A stretch of DNA of 64,000 bases from Nitrosopumilaceae archaeon (GTDB taxonomy: Archaea; Thermoproteota; Nitrososphaeria; Nitrososphaerales; Nitrosopumilaceae), in assembly GCA_965200155.1 (NCBI GenBank), contig CBDATR010000024.1:160001-224000 (forward strand), written 5' to 3'. The notes beneath the pieces were generated by a model that was not told the origin of the DNA, ran no database searches, and was given only the letters and a program-made list of their open reading frames with translations. A program made the position numbers and the translations under genes. The first letter of the stretch is position 1; each line of letters opens with the position of its first letter. Positions 26,601 through 36,667 of the stretch are shown piece by piece.

Positions 26601-26883
26601 ACAAATTTTACCTTACCGCATAGTATTTTTAATGAGTGAAAATTACATTTAGTAAATCAAATTACAGATGCGCATATACCACATTTACCTACTACTACCA
26701 TCAATAATTAACATAATTTAAGCATGAATATTAATAATATTGGAACAAGTCCAGACTTTTTGGTAGTTTGTAATTATAACTGATGAGATTATCATACATT
26801 TGATTGGTTATATTTGTAATTGCTTTACTAATGTTAGAATTTAGGGACAGGTTTAATATTACAATGCCTGCCAATGTGTTATT

Positions 26884-27441
26884 ATGCTACCACGTCTAGA
26901 TTCCATACGTCAGATAAGAGTTAAGCTGAGCATAACTCAAAAAGAGTTGGCGCAAGCATGTAATATTAGTACATCGATGATAAATCAGATAGAATCTGGC
27001 CGTACCAAACCTAGCTACGACACAGCGAAAAGAATCTTTGATACACTAGTCACGCTGGAAGGGAAGACGCGTACACACAAGGCTGGAAGCCTTTGCAGTA
27101 AGGAGATAGTAAAGCTGGACGTGCAAGATACACTGCACGATGCTGTGCGCAGTATGCGACAGCACTCCATAAGTCAAATCCCTGTCTTTATGGACGGGCA
27201 TCCGGTAGGGGTTGTTACTGAGGATGGATTGGTACGCCACTTAGTGGACGATGGCGAAGATGTACTAAAGGAGACGCGCCTAAAAGATGCCATGGATCCA
27301 GTACCGCCGCTGATAGATCACACAACCCCTACTGAGGCACTAGTTACTTTAATTCGTCATTCTAAATGTATATTGGTTACAAAAGAATCAGAAATAATTG
27401 GAATTATAACCGCATCAGATACTTTAAAAATTATGGAATAA
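26884..27441 (+). CDS. XRE-HTH plus CBS-pair transcriptional regulator
   Basis: ITQKELA..STSMINQIESG..PSY; SQIPV, GIITASD CBS motifs. Confidence 0.92.
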   Translation: MLPRLDSIRQIRVKLSITQKELAQACNISTSMINQIESGRTKPSYDTAKRIFDTLVTLEGKTRTHKAGSLCSKEIVKLDVQDTLHDAVRSMRQHSISQIPVFMDGHPVGVVTEDGLVRHLVDDGEDVLKETRLKDAMDPVPPLIDHTTPTEALVTLIRHSKCILVTKESEIIGIITASDTLKIME

Positions 27442-27448
27442 ATATTTG

Positions 27449-27719
27449 GTATGAGTTCACGTCTTCCGGAATATTATGCACAAATCACATTAACTGTCGC
27501 GATCAGTTATGCGTAAATTTAGACACAGGTGAACTCATACAGATTAGTGGCCAGATAAAGAGTGGTGAAAGGGCCATGCGCCGCATGTCCATATGTGTTC
27601 AGACATGGAGGGCTCAGGGCCTTTCTGTAATGAACGAGGTTGCTACCAGAATGCAATTATAATTAAAAAACTGGGATGCATTCTATCTTATTATGTGATC
27701 AAAACACGTGAACTCATAC
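27449..27719 (+). mobile_element. MITE (27449-27540) fused to an IS66 right-end fragment
   Basis: Whole unit flanked by 8-bp AATATTTG. Confidence 0.9.
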
Positions 27720-27814
27720 AATATTTGTATTAAATAGACCGTATGCGCAGAATCACTTCTCCCACCCTGCACGTCTAAACCAAGTTGTTAGATACGAACA
27801 ATTGACCTAGTATC

Positions 27815-28978
27815 ATGGGTTTTCCCACAGACTCGTGTGAAACAGAAAAGTTAAGACCTAATTTTGTAATACCAGGTATGCTAAAAGCAGAACTCACCAA
27901 GGAGCAGTTAGTCACAGAGTACTACCGGCTACGCACCAGGTCCGAGGCCGAAGTAACAAACCTGCACGCCAAACTTGAAGCTCAAACAAAGAATGCCCTC
28001 GTTTCAAATCTCGATGACATCATAGAACGCAAGGATCAGCTTCATTCCCTGACCGGATGCACTCCGGAAGAGTTCAAATGGATACTAATCAGATTCACAG
28101 AATACGTAGAGTCCCTGGAAGGCGATGATGCACGGCGATTCTTAGAACTTACAAATGATCGCGGGCACGTGAACAAATTTCCGGTCAGGCATGTACTCTT
28201 AGTTACACTGATACGCCTGCGCTGCAATACAAAGCAGGAGCTGCTGGCAGCAATACTCAAGATAAACCAGTCAAACATATGCCGTTACATCCAGTTTACA
28301 AAGCAGGGACTGATCAAGATACTCCCAACGGCCGATACCGTTGCAAAAGCAATATCACAAATCAAGTCAACACCCGACTTTAAGGAAATTGTTCCAGGCC
28401 GAGCCGGAGGGGAGATAAAGACTGACGGGACACATGTACGCGTACAACGTCCTAAAAAAAATCAGGAGGCAATGTACTCTGGTAAACAAAAAACCCACAC
28501 GTATAACGTACAGATAACATCAAACAAGAAAAGACTGATAATTCACGTAAGTGGAGTATATGAGGGAAAAAGACACGATTATGGTATATTCAAGAATGAT
28601 ATTCCCCTCGGTGGCAAATGGGGCAAGTCCCTAAAAGAATCAACCACGCCACCATCCGATAAGATAACAGTAATAGCAGATGCAGGATACCAGGGTATGA
28701 AAGACTTCCTACCCGGCGCAAAGGTCATAATTCCATACAGGGGTAGGGAATCACTCACTAAAACTGAAAGGAAATACAACCAATATGTATCAAAAAGGCG
28801 CATATTAATCGAGAATGTAATTCGAATGCTAAAGGTATATCGTAGATTAAGTCAGGTATATGATGGCAGTCGTGAGGAATTCCGGGAAGATCTACTCGTA
28901 GTATCTGGGTTGCATAATTTACACATTATGCACAAGCATACCAGGTACAAGAAATTCTTGAAAAATATCTGTCCATAA
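27815..28978 (+). CDS. IS5-family (ISL2 group) DDE transposase, ORF intact
   Basis: TDGTH..VQRP, YSGKQKTH, G+RHD, IADAGYQG, YN..VSKRRILIENVI..LK. Confidence 0.92.
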   Translation: MGFPTDSCETEKLRPNFVIPGMLKAELTKEQLVTEYYRLRTRSEAEVTNLHAKLEAQTKNALVSNLDDIIERKDQLHSLTGCTPEEFKWILIRFTEYVESLEGDDARRFLELTNDRGHVNKFPVRHVLLVTLIRLRCNTKQELLAAILKINQSNICRYIQFTKQGLIKILPTADTVAKAISQIKSTPDFKEIVPGRAGGEIKTDGTHVRVQRPKKNQEAMYSGKQKTHTYNVQITSNKKRLIIHVSGVYEGKRHDYGIFKNDIPLGGKWGKSLKESTTPPSDKITVIADAGYQGMKDFLPGAKVIIPYRGRESLTKTERKYNQYVSKRRILIENVIRMLKVYRRLSQVYDGSREEFREDLLVVSGLHNLHIMHKHTRYKKFLKNICP

Positions 28979-29033
28979 TTTCCGTGTTATTATAATTCGA
29001 ATATTACTCATCAGAAAATCCACTAAATTAATG

Positions 29034-29132
29034 GTATGAGTTCATGTCTTCCGGAATCTTGTGCACAAATCACATTAACTGGTAACCGGTTCTATCAGTT
29101 GTGCGTAAATTTAGACACAGGTGAACTCATAC
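29034..29132 (+). mobile_element. MITE variant
   Basis: TIRs; centre replaced by GGTAACCGGTTCT; no TSD. Confidence 0.9.
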
Positions 29133-29413
29133 AACCGTTTAGCTCACTTCCGATATACTTCATCAAGATCCGGTTACCCCACTACACGACATACGTTAGT
29201 GCTGGCAGGTGCCATTCACATTGTTCATGCTTGACGGATTGTGTGCCATAAAATACACCCCAGTTTGAAGCAACATGGGCTGTTACTGTCAATCATGCGC
29301 ATAAGGTCTAATCTTTTGAAAATTATTTGTAAAGCATAGGTTTGATTATTCTTACATGACAGATAGTATAAGTCAAGCATGAAATAAAGAATTGTAAATT
29401 TACACATTAATTT

Positions 29414-30416
29414 GTATGAGTTCACGTGTTTTGATCATTCACTAAGATATAGGTATGAGTTCACGTGTTTTGATCATTCACTAAGATATAGATTGGTATG
29501 GTAATATTTTACTTAAATACCAAATTTGCAATAAGAATCTAATGAGAAGACGCCGGTCCTATAAGGAATTGGAACTGGAAAATAAACTTCTTCAGGATAC
29601 CCTTGCGTCTACCGAGAAAGATCTTGCACATTACAAGGAACGTGTGAGAGTATTGGAAGCATATGTGTCCCGCATCATAAAAGAAATACGAAATCTCACA
29701 CAAGATTTCCAAATTATTAGGAATTATGTAAATAAATTGAATGAGAAATTAGTAGAAAAAGACAGGAAAATTGCGGTACTCACAACGCGACTTAAATATT
29801 ATGAGAATGCTCACTCGCCACCATCCCTTCAATCCCTCCAGTACAAGAAGCGAAAACAGGAGGAGCAGAAGCGAAAACAGGGAGATAATAAGCAACAGAC
29901 AGAAGCCAGTACGAAATCAGCCAAAAAGGCTGGCGCTCAAAAGGGACACAAGGGGGTTTCCCGTTCCCACAACCCCGGCAGAGTAGTGCATCACACCTTT
30001 GAGTACACACCAATATGTGAGTGCGGCAATATGATGACAAAAATTGGTTGGAAACAACGACACATAACGGAATTAATACCCGCCAAAATAGAGGAGACCC
30101 TTCATATGATAGAAATGGCTGCATGTATGTGCGGCAAAAAACAACTGGCCCCAGCAGCTGGCGTCCCAAAGAGTGGTAGTTTTGGGGTTCAATTATGCGG
30201 TGCCATCACTGCATTACGCGCAGAAAAGATTCCAATAAAACGCATACCTGTAATTTCGAAGGATCTCTTCGGCCTAAATATATCGGTGGGTGCAGTAAAC
30301 AACATAATTGCCAGGGCCGCCGATGCATGTGAATCATTTATGGAAACAATTCATGAAAATATAATAAAATCACCCAGCATTCATGTGGACGAAACTGGTA
30401 TATCACTGGCGGGTAG
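29414..30416 (+). mobile_element. IS66-family element 5' half; transposase (ORF from 29542) truncated by MITE
   Basis: Left end tandemly duplicated (39 bp); coiled coil, NAHSPPS, GAQKGHKG, CxC..CxC zinc finger, SIHVDETG. Confidence 0.92.
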
Positions 30417-30508
30417 GTATGAGTTCACGTCTTCCGGAATCTTGTGCACAAATCACATTAACTGTCGCGATCAGTTGTGCGTAAATTTAGACACAGGTGA
30501 ACTCATAC
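30417..30508 (+). mobile_element. MITE truncating IS66
   Basis: Full TIRs, no TSD. Confidence 0.93.
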
Positions 30509-30572
30509 TAGCAGCAGTTTACGTACACGATTAAGACGCGAACATACACTAGTAAATTAAATACGACTAATC

Positions 30573-31325
30573 CTAGATAAATTTTGGTGGATAGTATTTC
30601 CGTGTTGATTCTTTCATAAAAGATATCAATTCGGCCTCATACCAAGTATGAGCATCCTGTATAGGAAATTTGTCTCGATACATGTTTTGTATGGAATCCA
30701 CATCATCTGATGCAACGCCGTTACGCTCCATACCGACACGATTTATTTTTGTAAATCGCTGTTGATTAATAAGAGAAAATGGCAATACATCCTTTGTTAT
30801 AGAATTGCCCATTCCCACCATGGCATGGCGTCCTATCTTGCAGTATTGATGTATCTTGGTACCCTGCCCAATATTGGCGTACTGACGTATCTCTATGTGC
30901 CCACCCAAAGTTACGCGTGTAGCCATGACTACGTTATTACTGATGATGCAATCATGAGCTATGTGTGCATATGCCATGATGTAGCAGCCTGATCCAATGC
31001 TTGTTCTCTCATATTTTATGGGCCGGTGTACGGTAGCAAACTCCCTTATGACATTATTGTCTCCAATTGATATACTATGTAAATCTGCCAGTGCATTTTT
31101 ATCCACAAATTCCCTGTGCTGCGGGTCAGTTCCTATTACGCAGTATGGGTAAACCCAATTGTTCTTACCTATAGTAACTGTACCTCTTATTATACAGCCG
31201 TGATCAATACGAGTTCCTGACTCTATAGTGACATGACCTTCAAGTATTACATTATTGCCAATACAGGCCGAATCTGCCAAGCGCACATCAGGTCCAAGAG
31301 TTGTATTACTGCCCACCTCTGCCAT
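30573..31325 (-). CDS. lpxA: LpxA-like UDP-N-acetylglucosamine O-acyltransferase
   Basis: Hexapeptide repeats, IGTDPQ, IREFATVHR, HIAHDC, LGGH, HQYC.IG, KDV.PF, N.VG..R. Confidence 0.85.
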   Translation of the reverse strand: MAEVGSNTTLGPDVRLADSACIGNNVILEGHVTIESGTRIDHGCIIRGTVTIGKNNWVYPYCVIGTDPQHREFVDKNALADLHSISIGDNNVIREFATVHRPIKYERTSIGSGCYIMAYAHIAHDCIISNNVVMATRVTLGGHIEIRQYANIGQGTKIHQYCKIGRHAMVGMGNSITKDVLPFSLINQQRFTKINRVGMERNGVASDDVDSIQNMYRDKFPIQDAHTWYEAELISFMKESTRKYYPPKFI

Positions 31326-31383
31326 ATACTATCTGTACTAGAATGGATTTGATTATTATTTGTACTAATACCAACAGGACCGG

Positions 31384-31514
31384 TCAATAGTATGAAAAGT
31401 AAGTCCGCTCAGGATCCGGCGTACAGTAGTTCAGGTTGCACAAGCCACGATAGGCAATGGTAAAGAGAATAACAGAGGAATCAAGACAAAAGAGGGGTTG
31501 CCGTCACCAAAATA
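31384..31514 (+). mobile_element. IS481 left-end fragment
   Basis: TCAATAGTATGAAAAGTAAGTCCGCT... homologous to the full copies. Confidence 0.8.
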
Positions 31515-31624
31515 GTGTGTTGTGCATAAAATGAGTCTCGTTTACTATTTTGCCACCAATAGGAACTACATTAGTTAGTACATATTCTCGCAACAAAGCA
31601 ATTTAGTACGCACCGACCTTTGAT

Positions 31625-32485
31625 TTGATTTTTATATTCATGATGAAAACGCGCTATATGGAGATCACAGTAGGTCATACACCCGACGTAGATGACGCTT
31701 TTATGTTCTATGCGATGCTGAACAAAAAGTTACCGGCGCGTGACTTTGAGATTACACAGGTTGTGCAGGATATAGAAAAACTAAACCAGCGAGCCGGGAA
31801 GGGAGATCTGGACGTAACCGCCATATCGGTACATACATGTGCATTTATATCCGGATATACTATACTTAGAAGCGGAGGTAGTTTTGGATTAGGATACGGT
31901 CCCATTGTGGCCACCAGAAAAGGGTTTGATGTTGAGTCTTTGCAAGATGTCAAGATAGCAGTGCCGGGTAAGATGACCTCGGCATTTTTATTACTTCAGT
32001 TAATGATTGGTAAATTTGAATACAAAGAGATTAACTTTAGTGACATACCTCAAGCTGTAGCAAATGGGACGGTGGATGCCGGTCTTATAATTCACGAGGC
32101 CCAGATCACTTTCGAGCAGTATGGTATTGAAAAGATATTGGACACAGGTAAATGGTGGAATGACATAACCGGCGGACTTCCGGTACCGCTGGGAATAAAC
32201 GTGATGAAGAGCTCGTTGGGCGCCGATACAATACAAAAGTTTGACGCATATTTACAAGAATCCATACAGTACGGACTGGATCATGCAGCTGATGCCTTAT
32301 CATATGCAACAAAATATGGGCGAGATACACCAGAAAAGACACTGGACAGGTTTGTGAAAATGTACGTAAACCCGGTAACAGTAGATATGGGAGACAGAGG
32401 GGAAGTATCTATACGAAAACTGTTTGAAATGGCAAAAATGAAAGGGTTGGTATCAGACTTTGATCTCACCATAGCAGATAGGTAA
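31625..32485 (+). CDS. mqnD: 1,4-dihydroxy-6-naphthoate synthase (futalosine pathway); start likely at MEITVG
   Basis: GHTPDVDDAFMFYA, DIEKLN, G.GYGP, GLIIHE, LPVPLG, MYVN. Confidence 0.92.
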   Translation: MIFIFMMKTRYMEITVGHTPDVDDAFMFYAMLNKKLPARDFEITQVVQDIEKLNQRAGKGDLDVTAISVHTCAFISGYTILRSGGSFGLGYGPIVATRKGFDVESLQDVKIAVPGKMTSAFLLLQLMIGKFEYKEINFSDIPQAVANGTVDAGLIIHEAQITFEQYGIEKILDTGKWWNDITGGLPVPLGINVMKSSLGADTIQKFDAYLQESIQYGLDHAADALSYATKYGRDTPEKTLDRFVKMYVNPVTVDMGDRGEVSIRKLFEMAKMKGLVSDFDLTIADR

Positions 32486-32620
32486 CTGGCAAATGCGTAG
32501 ACCGTATTCACATAATGTTACACTGTTAGCGTGATGGGGTGTAAGTTTACATGACAAAATAGAGTAGTTTTTGATCATATAGTCCAAGTATTTTTATTAT
32601 GATTTGTAGAGTAGATATTT

Positions 32621-33013
32621 GTGAAAGTGTGGCATGGTGCTGAGCATCTAGCATGTGAAGATGGATACTACATTGTGCTGGAGTCATTAATGCACTATGA
32701 GAAAAAACTCAAGGGTTTGATGGCTGGCTCCAATCTTGGCAGCGCCGGAACTTTTGGTATAATAATACGCCAAGCTGCGTCAAAGAGACTCCCATTGGTT
32801 CAGGCTACAATCTCATCAGTACAAGAGTTCATGACCGGGGACAAGACGGCAGAATCATTGGCCGAGAACGTATCCACAATAACTAGTGCCTTGGAATGCT
32901 ATGAGGCAGACCTAAAAGAAGTACACAGCGAATCCACACAGGCAACAGAAAATAACAAATTGCGATCCATAAGAGAGACTAAAAACAAAATAAACAGCTT
33001 TGAAGACTCATAA
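32621..33013 (+). CDS. Hypothetical protein
   Basis: 130-aa helical ORF. Confidence 0.6.
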   Translation: MKVWHGAEHLACEDGYYIVLESLMHYEKKLKGLMAGSNLGSAGTFGIIIRQAASKRLPLVQATISSVQEFMTGDKTAESLAENVSTITSALECYEADLKEVHSESTQATENNKLRSIRETKNKINSFEDS

Positions 33014-33235
33014 CTTCTTTACATACCAATCCAAGTAGGGAAGCAGCTTTTTACATACAGTGTGACGCTCTTGTGGAGTCACATTTCGGGCTGCATTTAT
33101 CTTTGATCTCAGGTATTCTCTTGTATCGGCGGTACGCAGCTCTTGGCATACCCGATCCAATATATCAAGTAAATCATCTGCGCTCATATTATTAAATTCC
33201 GCTTGTGCTCGACTTACATCACTTATCAATGTCAT
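33008..33235 (-). CDS. Hypothetical protein
   Basis: 75-aa ORF ending CKKLLPYLDWY, convergent overlap. Confidence 0.6.
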   Translation of the reverse strand: MTLISDVSRAQAEFNNMSADDLLDILDRVCQELRTADTREYLRSKINAARNVTPQERHTVCKKLLPYLDWYVKKL

Positions 33236-33435
33236 AGTAGAGGCATGATATAGGCGCTTTTTTAACTGTAAAGACCGAGTTCTATGCCATTACTTCATAC
33301 AGAAAAGCAGGATACAGGATTGTGCAGAAGACTATATTACTGAGAACAATTCTAATCTGTCTCTTTTTTTGTAATATAATACGAATATGTGGTAATATTC
33401 CAAACTGATATATTTGGAGTGAGCTGATTGAAGAC

Positions 33436-33672
33436 ATGGTGGGGATGTCAGTAATTTTAGTATTTGTAATACCCTCGATTTTTACGGTCACATTTGGCGC
33501 AGCTGTATTGACTGGCGTACTAGGAGAGTTAGATAGGGAACTAAATTTGTGGCCCGGCAACGGCCATGACTCATCGGCACATGGCGTATCCACCATATCG
33601 GTGCTAGGACAGGATGTAGTCCAACACGTAAACGGAGGAGTTCAATTAGGTTATGTCTATTCACCATGGTAA
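33436..33672 (+). CDS. Short membrane-anchored protein, possibly truncated
   Basis: N-terminal hydrophobic helix; overlaps the next gene start. Confidence 0.45.
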   Translation: MVGMSVILVFVIPSIFTVTFGAAVLTGVLGELDRELNLWPGNGHDSSAHGVSTISVLGQDVVQHVNGGVQLGYVYSPW

Positions 33673-34859
33673 TAAAGGAGGGATATCCGGTGACGGATGG
33701 TGACAAGCAGGAGCCAAAGTCGGCAGAGCAGGACAAGGTATCCCAAACCATACCAGAAAACAAGGATGATGTAAAAGCAGAAGTGGCAAGTACAGACAAG
33801 CAGGAGCCAAAGTCGGCAGAGCAGGACAAGGTATCCCAAACCATACCAGAAAACAAGGATGATGTAAAAGCAGAAGTGGCAAGTACAGACAAGCAGGAGC
33901 CAAAGTCGGCAGAGCAGGACAAGGTATCCCAAACCATACCAGAAAACAAGGATGATGTAAAAGCAGAAGTGGCAAGTACAGACAAGCAGGAGCCAAAGTC
34001 GGCAGAGCAGGACAAGGTATCCCAAACCATACCAGAAAACAAGGATGATGTAAAAGCAGAAGTGGCAAGTACAGACAAGCAGGAGCCAAAGTCGGCAGAG
34101 CAGGACAAGGTATCCCAAACCATACCAGAAAACAAGGATGATGTAAAAGCAGAAGTGGCAAGTACAGACAAGCAGGAGCCAAAGTCGGCAGAGCAGGACA
34201 AGGTATCCCAAACCATACCAGAAAACAAGGATGATGTAAAAGCAGAAGTGGCAAAGGTCGATGCAGTAAATACTGATCAAAAAAGTAAATCCAGCAAGAA
34301 TGCCACCACGGCGAAGAAGCCTGCAAGGACCAGAAAGACAACGACGAAAAAAACTACAAAAACCAAAACAAGGAAAACCACAACAAGGACAAGAAAAAAG
34401 TCCACTAAAAAGTCCGAACCGGACCTTCCCGCCACACTAGAAGAAGAGTTAGCACAACAGCTTACCAACGAGGAAATTGAGAATTTCCAGATAGAAAAAG
34501 TGGATATGGATAGTCTTACAAACAAAGTATGCGATATATTAGTACAGACAGAGTCCAATTCCATGTTACAAGCCAATCTGTACAAAAAACTAAAACTAAG
34601 TCCACGAAACGGGGCTCGTCTATCACTTAAGCTGGAGCGCATGGGAATTATAACTCGGGTAAAGTTAGTAGAGAACGAACGCTGGACGTATAATCTAATA
34701 TTAAAGAAGACTCCGATCAGTACTGTCTCATTAGTAGATGCGCCCTGTCTAATCTGTCCCAAGGAACAACTATGTACCCCCGAGGGAGATATCAGTCCTA
34801 GTACATGTGTGTACATCAAGGATTGGGTAATGGCAGATATTAAACGAAAGTCAGCATGA
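33666..34859 (+). CDS. TFE-beta / RPC34(RPC39)-like winged-helix Fe-S protein with long repetitive N-terminal extension
   Basis: C-terminal WH (MLQANLYKKLKL..LERMGIITR..WTY) then PCLICP....C......P..C....DW four-Cys motif. Confidence 0.8.
   Translation: MVIKEGYPVTDGDKQEPKSAEQDKVSQTIPENKDDVKAEVASTDKQEPKSAEQDKVSQTIPENKDDVKAEVASTDKQEPKSAEQDKVSQTIPENKDDVKAEVASTDKQEPKSAEQDKVSQTIPENKDDVKAEVASTDKQEPKSAEQDKVSQTIPENKDDVKAEVASTDKQEPKSAEQDKVSQTIPENKDDVKAEVAKVDAVNTDQKSKSSKNATTAKKPARTRKTTTKKTTKTKTRKTTTRTRKKSTKKSEPDLPATLEEELAQQLTNEEIENFQIEKVDMDSLTNKVCDILVQTESNSMLQANLYKKLKLSPRNGARLSLKLERMGIITRVKLVENERWTYNLILKKTPISTVSLVDAPCLICPKEQLCTPEGDISPSTCVYIKDWVMADIKRKSA
33702..34253 (+). repeat. Perfect in-frame tandem repeat, 93 bp x ~5.9
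   Basis: Encodes DKQEPKSAEQDKVSQTIPENKDDVKAEVAST. Confidence 0.98.
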
Positions 34860-35446
34860 ATATTCTAGAGGCGCGCAGGGACCATTATCGTAAACTTGCC
34901 AGAGAACAAGGATACAGGAGCAGGGCTGCATACAAACTCAAGGAGATCAACAAATCATACCGAGTAATAGGGCCAGGATTCTTTGTTCTGGACCTAGGTT
35001 GTGCTCCGGGGGGTTGGACGCAGATGGCCGTAAGACTGGCAGGAAACCGTAGCAAGGTGATGGGCGTAGACACATCATTTGTTGAAGAAATACCAGGTGC
35101 CAGAATAATACGGGCCAGTGTAGACGATGATTTTTTGGTGAACGACATATTGGAATATTTTGGCAGGAAAATCAATGCGGTGATATGCGATATGTCTCCA
35201 AAAGTCACCGGAAACTGGGTTGTAGATCATGCACGACAAATATCTCTGAATTACTCCTGCTCCAAGATAATGGATAAAGTACTAGCGCGTAAGGGCAATG
35301 CAGTATTCAAGGTGTTTGATGGAGAATATTCTGAGGAATTCAGGTTATACATGAACAAAAAATTTGCCAAGACCAAAACTACAAAACCTAAAGCTAGTCG
35401 CAAGTCAAGTAGCGAACTATACTTAGTGTGTCTAGGATTTAATTGA
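34856..35446 (+). CDS. rlmE: 23S rRNA 2'-O-methyltransferase RlmE/FtsJ
   Basis: YRSRAAYKL, DLGCAPGGW, CDMSP, KPKASR..SSELY. Confidence 0.96.
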   Translation: MNILEARRDHYRKLAREQGYRSRAAYKLKEINKSYRVIGPGFFVLDLGCAPGGWTQMAVRLAGNRSKVMGVDTSFVEEIPGARIIRASVDDDFLVNDILEYFGRKINAVICDMSPKVTGNWVVDHARQISLNYSCSKIMDKVLARKGNAVFKVFDGEYSEEFRLYMNKKFAKTKTTKPKASRKSSSELYLVCLGFN

Positions 35447-36607
35447 AGTCATAACGCTGCACACCTCTTCCATGGACGCATCGGTCCTAAATCCCGAAGG
35501 TGAGAGGGATGTGGGGGACGCATTAAAGCCTAGTTCCCCAAGATACTGTATCATACTTACAAGTCTGGGTGGGCCACCACGTATGCGAGATGCCACTTCG
35601 TCCAGCGTATAGAACGTGGCTGGCAGCGTAGCCTCCTTCCTGCATTTTTCCAGTATGGTGTTATAGCATCCCCCCAGCACATCGTGATCCATACGTAACA
35701 TGCCTGTCACAAATCTCTCATCAAATATACGTCCGACCCACAAGGGGCCCGCGATTCCAGCAATCTCACCACACAGAGAGCAACGAGTCTCCAGCTCACA
35801 AGTGGTGTGACGATATCCACATGCATAGCAGTGCGCAATATACCCCACCATACACTCGCCCGCATTGGGGTGTATAGTGACATATGTCCTGTAATAATGC
35901 ATATGGGATTCCACGTATAGTGGCGCTATACGCTTACCCAACCGCCCTGCTACTGAGCTCATGCACCCCAATATCAGCCGTAGTGCGATCTCCGAACCGT
36001 ATACAGTACGTATGGGGACCCCACCGTATATGCGACGGCATGCTGCACTGTGTACCCCACCCAATACCATCAGATCCGTCGCGGTGAGTGCGATTATGCC
36101 ATCATAAGATGTGGCCCTGAGAGCGCAATCCATATACGGTGCAGGTGAGCCAAATGGATCCACATCTACTATATCACCCCTATTCTCAGGAATGGAATAA
36201 TCAGAGAGGAATCCGCATGCTTCGTCTGTTCTAAATTCTACATTATTCAGTCTATTAAGCACGGATCCACGACGGGCCATCTCTATGCCTTTGGGGTTGA
36301 TATCATTGATGATGACCCTATCAATATCCAATTCTGTGGCAACCCGTAATCCACGAGCCCCGGTTCCCGCCATTGCATCAAGATACGTATGGGGACCTCC
36401 TCCGGACTTTGGGAGAGCTCCGCACACTGCCAAGGTCAGGTCCCTAGTTACCTTGGCGCGGGGATTAAAGAATGCAGGATTTCTTGGAGGAGTGATGCGT
36501 TTAAGCGAGTCCGTAGGAACTATAAGCTGTGTACTGCCCTCCGTGATACGCGTAGTGTCATTCTCCACAATAGTGCTGTCATATTGGTTTAATATAGAGT
36601 CAGGCAT
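35432..36607 (-). CDS. trm1: tRNA G26 N2,N2-dimethyltransferase
   Basis: FFNP, DAMAGTGARGLR, DVDPFGSPAPY, TATD, GPLWVG. Confidence 0.95.
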   Translation of the reverse strand: MPDSILNQYDSTIVENDTTRITEGSTQLIVPTDSLKRITPPRNPAFFNPRAKVTRDLTLAVCGALPKSGGGPHTYLDAMAGTGARGLRVATELDIDRVIINDINPKGIEMARRGSVLNRLNNVEFRTDEACGFLSDYSIPENRGDIVDVDPFGSPAPYMDCALRATSYDGIIALTATDLMVLGGVHSAACRRIYGGVPIRTVYGSEIALRLILGCMSSVAGRLGKRIAPLYVESHMHYYRTYVTIHPNAGECMVGYIAHCYACGYRHTTCELETRCSLCGEIAGIAGPLWVGRIFDERFVTGMLRMDHDVLGGCYNTILEKCRKEATLPATFYTLDEVASRIRGGPPRLVSMIQYLGELGFNASPTSLSPSGFRTDASMEEVCSVMTSIKS

Positions 36608-36667
36608 ACGTTTTCACTCATATTGCATTTCACCGCATAATTGAACTGTAAGGAATGGTAGTTATAG

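Noticed and set aside
33488-34341. Three repetitive minus-strand ORFs, and the 93-bp repeat as a CRISPR array
   Set aside because: Antisense shadows; units are contiguous with no spacers
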